From an uncultured delta proteobacterium (GTDB taxonomy: Bacteria > Desulfobacterota > Desulfomonilia > Desulfomonilales > Desulfomonilaceae): 64,000 nucleotides of DNA. The position numbers and the translations under genes are program-made. The notes under the pieces were generated by a model that saw nothing but the letters and a program-made list of their open reading frames with translations, ran no database searches and was not told the DNA's origin. The DNA lies in NCBI GenBank assembly GCA_963789265.1, contig CAWBKB010000001.1, forward strand, positions 1,728,001-1,792,000. The letters run 5' to 3'. Below, piece by piece: positions 59,939 to 64,000 of this stretch; position 1 is the stretch's first letter, and each line of letters starts with the position of its first letter.

Positions 59939-60232
59939 ATGAACAAAGATATTGAAGAAGCCATTATGGAGAGAATAAACCGGCCCGGCTGGGTCACAAC
60001 TCGCGGGGTACTCCCGGGCGCTTCCGGGCAATCCGAGGAGGAGGATTACCGCATGGTCGAAGAGGCCATGAAGAGGCTCGCGGAAGAAGGTCTGGTTACT
60101 CTGTGGCGTCTGGCGCTTGAAAATGAGCCGGTTGAACTGCTGGCTGCTGCCAAACCTGGCTTTGAGCTGGATAAGGACCTGGAGCAGAGAGGCGCGGCCG
60201 CCAGAGCCCAGAAGTACGTGCCGACGCTCTGA
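59939..60232 (+). CDS. Hypothetical protein (possible winged helix)
   Basis: RBS AGGAG; 97 aa, VEEAMKRLAEEGLV. Confidence 0.6.
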   Translation: MNKDIEEAIMERINRPGWVTTRGVLPGASGQSEEEDYRMVEEAMKRLAEEGLVTLWRLALENEPVELLAAAKPGFELDKDLEQRGAAARAQKYVPTL

Positions 60233-60415
60233 TACTGCCTCGCTCCGCAGATCGGATTAGAAACACCGTGATTATCGGTCGGCTAGTGAGGCGCCTATGG
60301 CCCCTTGCAAAAGCCCTGATATGGTCGGAAGCCCGAAACCTCGCTAGACTCTGGGCCGACTCCGACGCGGATGGGAGGGACGTATCGTCCGGCCGGTCAC
60401 GAGACGCTCCACACC

Positions 60416-60937
60416 ATGAAACTTCTATTTGATCGCGACATCTACGAAGGGTTCACCGAAGCTCATTTGGTTAAAGCAAGACGTTTCGTGTGGATCTCTA
60501 CCGCGAACATAAAAGCGACCGGCCTACGGTACCGCGGAGGTTTCTTTTCTTTCGTGGACTTCATGGCCTCGCTGGTTAACCAGGGGGTGTCATTCCGAGT
60601 AATTCACGCGGAACTTCCTTCAAATCCCTTTCGTGAGCGTTACGAGCAGATAGATTCCAGAGGACAGCTCAGTGCCGGTGTCGAGTTCCTCCACTGCATC
60701 CGAATGCATGCGAAGATATTTATTGTCGACGGCCGGATCGCCCTCGTGGGTAGCCCGAATTTGACGGGCGCGGGAATCGGCGCGAAGGGCAAGGCAAAGC
60801 GTAACTTCGAGGTTGCTTTCCTGTTCGAAGAGCAAAAAGAAACAGAACCATACATGGAATACTTTGATTACGTATGGATGGGGGGGCCGTGCCCGGACTG
60901 CGGCCTGCGCCATCTTTGTCCGGCCCCGGTAGGCTGA
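60416..60937 (+). CDS. Single-HKD phospholipase D-like protein with C-terminal Cys cluster
   Basis: HAKIFIVD..GSPNLT..NFE; CPDCGLRHLC. Confidence 0.85.
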   Translation: MKLLFDRDIYEGFTEAHLVKARRFVWISTANIKATGLRYRGGFFSFVDFMASLVNQGVSFRVIHAELPSNPFRERYEQIDSRGQLSAGVEFLHCIRMHAKIFIVDGRIALVGSPNLTGAGIGAKGKAKRNFEVAFLFEEQKETEPYMEYFDYVWMGGPCPDCGLRHLCPAPVG

Positions 60938-61002
60938 TAACGCGGCCACGGGGGAAATGAGTCCCGGCAATTCCGGACAATTGATGCCGACTTCGCATTC
61001 AA

Positions 61003-61155
61003 AATCCCCTCTTCTCCACTTTACTAAAGTTGGGTTAGAGGGCATAGGTGTTAAAGTAGCTCCGCGGGCCGAGGGTTTTCCCCCCTTTCTTAAAGGGGGG
61101 CAGGGGGGATTTTGGGATAACTAGTTGAAAATCCCCCTTTACAAAAGGGGGACTT
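61003..61155. repeat. CCCCCTTT..AAAGGGGG REP-like palindrome cluster
   Basis: Three related palindromes, e.g. CCCCCTTTACAAAAGGGGG. Confidence 0.65.
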
Positions 61156-61770
61156 TGAATGCCTGTCAGTCATCTGGAGTGCTCAATACCAAGCAGCCAA
61201 CTCTATTTTAACGCCTGTGGGGGTTAGAGGGGATTCTTTCTATACCTTTGAATGCGAAGTCGGTACGACACGACCTGATCGATTACTAATCAGGAACCGG
61301 TCCGAGAATTATGTGTCCGAGCATTTGGAATGGTTGTGGCCGGAGATATGCGGTGTGTCAACGAAACGCAGCTTTGCTTATGGTACGCATGACGTGGCAA
61401 GCCACTTGGGCAGTGGAAATTTTGCCGGTGGCAAGCTACTACATGGTCCCTTGAAGGCTATATTTCGCCGGCCGCAAACGGCTCCCGAAGTGGCAGATTT
61501 GGCGACAGCCCTCCGGCGAGAAACAATTGAGTGCATTATAGTTGTTCAATAATCAACACCAATAATCGATAAGGGGTGTTGCCATCAATTGCTTTTGGAA
61601 AGTTCAAGTAACGGACTCTTGGAAATTCTCAATAGCTTAACGAGACTTGGAGGCGCGGGAATGGCGCAAAGCCACGAACTGGTGTCGGCGAGGCTTCACG
61701 TTTGAACGGGTACGCGCCAATTTGCGATTACCGTTGCCCTCTGCGCTCCCCATAAAAAGAAGGAGAAGTC

Positions 61771-62770
61771 ATGGAAACGACTCAACTACAAGGTATACCC
61801 ATCGGGGCATCTCGGATTGCCCTTGGCACTTGGGCCATCGGGGGCTGGATGTGGGGCGGCACCGAGGAAGAGGAATCGATCCGCACGATCCATGCCGCTC
61901 TTGACCATGGGATAACGGTGATCGACACCGCGCCGGTGTACGGATTCGGCCGATCGGAGGAGATCGTCGGCAAGGCCATTGCCCGCCGCGGCGGCAGAGA
62001 CCGGGTTATTATCGCCACAAAAGTTGCCCTGGAGTGGCAGGATGGGGCTGTCTTCCGCAATGCAACCGCTGCACGGATCGCATCCGAAATGGAGGACTCG
62101 CTTCGCAGGCTGCAAACCGACTACATCGACATATATCAGGTCCACTGGCCCGATCCTCTCGTTCCTTTCGAAGAGACCGCCACGGCTATGGCTAAGCTTT
62201 ACCAGGCGGGAAAGATACGCGCAATCGGTGTCAGCAACTATTCTCCCGCGCAGATGGATGTCTTTCGCCAGACAGCACCGATCCAGACCTGTCAGCCTCC
62301 TTACAACTTGTTCGAGCGGCAGATTGAGCAGGACGTGCTCCCCTACTGCAAGAAAAACGGTATTGCGCTGCTTACCTACGGAGCCCTTTGCCGCGGCCTG
62401 CTCAGTGGCAAGATGAAACCGGACACACAGTTCAGCGGCGATGACTTGCGAAAAATCGACCCCAAATTCCAACAGCCTCGCTTCGGTCAGTATCTGGCTG
62501 CGGTCAGCCGACTCGATCAGCTTGCCCGGGAGCGTCACGGCCAGGGAGTGATGCAGTTGGCGGTGCGGTGGATTCTCGATCAGGGAGTAGATATAGCCCT
62601 CTGGGGCTCTCGTCATCCCCATCAGGTGGAAGGAGTCGGCCCCGCGGATGGGTTGGACCCTCACAGCCGCTGATAAGGAGGAGATCGACCGCATTCTGAA
62701 TGAGACGATCACCGATCCGGTCGGCCCCGAATTCATGGCGCCTCCGGCGCGAAACGCAGAGGAAAAATAG
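61771..62770 (+). CDS. Aldo/keto reductase (frameshift near 62647)
   Basis: LGTWAIGG, DTAPVYG, IATK, QVHWPD; removing one G restores MGWTL..DPVGPEFMAPP to TAG 62770. Confidence 0.9.
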
Positions 62771-62820
62771 GTCGGTTGCCCGTCTGTCGGCGGGCATTGT
62801 ACTTACAGCGAGGTATTTTC

Positions 62821-63615
62821 ATGAATATTCAACTTTCCGGCAAAACCGCCATCGTCACGGGCTCGACAAAGGGTATCGGCTTCGCAATTGCCCGCGGCCT
62901 CGCGGATAGCGGCGCGACGGTTGTGATTAACGGTCGAACGGAGTCCGCGGTGAGTCGGGCCGTAGCGGCTGTGAAGGACGCAGCATCCGCGACAGGCGTG
63001 CGTGGAGTCGCCGCGGACCTTGCCACCGCGGCCGGGTGCGACGCTCTGGTGAATGCCGAACCGACCTGTGACATTCTTGTTAACAATCTGGGTATTTATG
63101 TCCACCAAGACTTCTTCGAGATTCCTGACAGCGAGTGGATGCGATTTTTCGAGATCAATGTCATGTCAGGTGTACGCATGTCCCGCGCATACATGCCCGC
63201 AATGATGGAGCGCAACTGGGGTAGAGTCGTGTTCCTGTCTTCGGAGTCCGCGCTGAATATTCCGCCGAACATGATTCACTACGGTTTTACCAAGACGGCG
63301 GTGCTGTCGATTGCGCGTGGTCTCGCCAAGCTCGCGGCCGGATCCGATGTGACGGTGAATGCCGTGCTGCCCGGACCGACTCGGTCGGATACTGTTGAAA
63401 AGATGTTGAAGGACATGGCAGAGAAGACAGGCCAGTCCATCGAACAGGCCGGCATCGCTTTCGTAAAGGCGAACAGGCCGTCCTCCATCATTCAGAGGAC
63501 AACCTCTCCGGAAGAAGTGGCTAACATGGTGGTCTACGTCGTGTCTCCTCAGGCGTCCGCGACCACGGGCGCCGCATTGCGGGTGGATGGCGGCATTGTC
63601 GACACGATCGCATAA
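62821..63615 (+). CDS. SDR family oxidoreductase
   Basis: TGSTKGIG, VNNLG, YGFTK, VDGG. Confidence 0.93.
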   Translation: MNIQLSGKTAIVTGSTKGIGFAIARGLADSGATVVINGRTESAVSRAVAAVKDAASATGVRGVAADLATAAGCDALVNAEPTCDILVNNLGIYVHQDFFEIPDSEWMRFFEINVMSGVRMSRAYMPAMMERNWGRVVFLSSESALNIPPNMIHYGFTKTAVLSIARGLAKLAAGSDVTVNAVLPGPTRSDTVEKMLKDMAEKTGQSIEQAGIAFVKANRPSSIIQRTTSPEEVANMVVYVVSPQASATTGAALRVDGGIVDTIA

Positions 63616-63668
63616 TCGGCGTAAGTCAATTGGAGGACAACGCTCGAAGCAGATGAAGAGGTTAAGTT

Positions 63669-64000
63669 ATGAAGGTAGGGTTTATCGGATTGGGGCGTAT
63701 GGGATCCGGCATGGCCGCCAACCTGCTCAAGGCGGGTCATGAGGTCACGGTTTACAACCGGACGCCGAGCAAAGCACAAACGCTGGTCGAGCGAGGAGCG
63801 CACGCGACCGCCCAGGTTGCGGACACCTGCCGGGGCGAGGTCGTCATCACGATGCTGGCAGACGACGCGGCAGTTGAAAGCGTTGTTTTCGGCAACAATG
63901 GCGTGATAGGCAGCTTGAGCAAGGGTGGAATCCACATATCCATGAGCACGATCAGCGTCGCGCTATCAGAACGGCTCACTGACACGCACGAAAATTCCGG
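63669..64000 (+). CDS. NAD(P)-dependent oxidoreductase, 3-hydroxyisobutyrate dehydrogenase family (partial, runs off the window)
   Basis: MKVGFIGLGRMGSGMAANLLKAGHEVTVYNRT..SMSTIS; not in the ORF track. Confidence 0.9.
   Translation, partial: MKVGFIGLGRMGSGMAANLLKAGHEVTVYNRTPSKAQTLVERGAHATAQVADTCRGEVVITMLADDAAVESVVFGNNGVIGSLSKGGIHISMSTISVALSERLTDTHENS

Noticed and set aside
61217..61552. 111-aa ORF upstream of the aldo/keto reductase
   Set aside because: No recognisable homology or RBS; probably intergenic DNA.
62640..62673. TGA ending the aldo/keto reductase ORF as selenocysteine
   Set aside because: Homology continues in a different frame, the position is not a Cys site, and there is no SECIS-like hairpin.

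Overview
Chromosomal window from an anaerobic deltaproteobacterium-like organism (inferred from ahbC and siroheme-route haem genes, rnf, hypA and a ccsA-hemA-hemC-cobA/hemD operon). It is mostly housekeeping and metabolic: groES-groEL with a CIRCE operator, pyrC/pyrB/pyrI, haem biosynthesis, LPS glycosyltransferases, a split MgtE cytosolic domain plus NRAMP-type transporter, a beta-oxidation cluster, rnfCDGEAB and oxidoreductases. The main signal hidden from the ORF track is selenocysteine recoding. (1) A MarR-linked MerB (organomercurial lyase)-like gene at 6034-6777 has in-frame TGA at both catalytic cysteine positions, each followed by its own SECIS-like hairpin. (2) rnfB has TGA in place of the first Cys of its Fe-S motif (LPGAN-U-GACGFAGC), again with a SECIS-like hairpin, and the adjacent rnfA carries an exported Ig-like N-terminal domain. 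Other notable items: an unlisted Cap4-like nuclease-STAND NTPase (Avs3-like) gene running off the left edge; an ABC-ATPase/DUF4276 pair; a complete group II intron inserted in a GTAG-type REP; a promoter-driven structured sRNA and small-peptide locus; and several MITE/REP families. About six genes have 1-2 nt frameshifts, probably assembly indel errors. No rRNA, tRNA or CRISPR array was seen.
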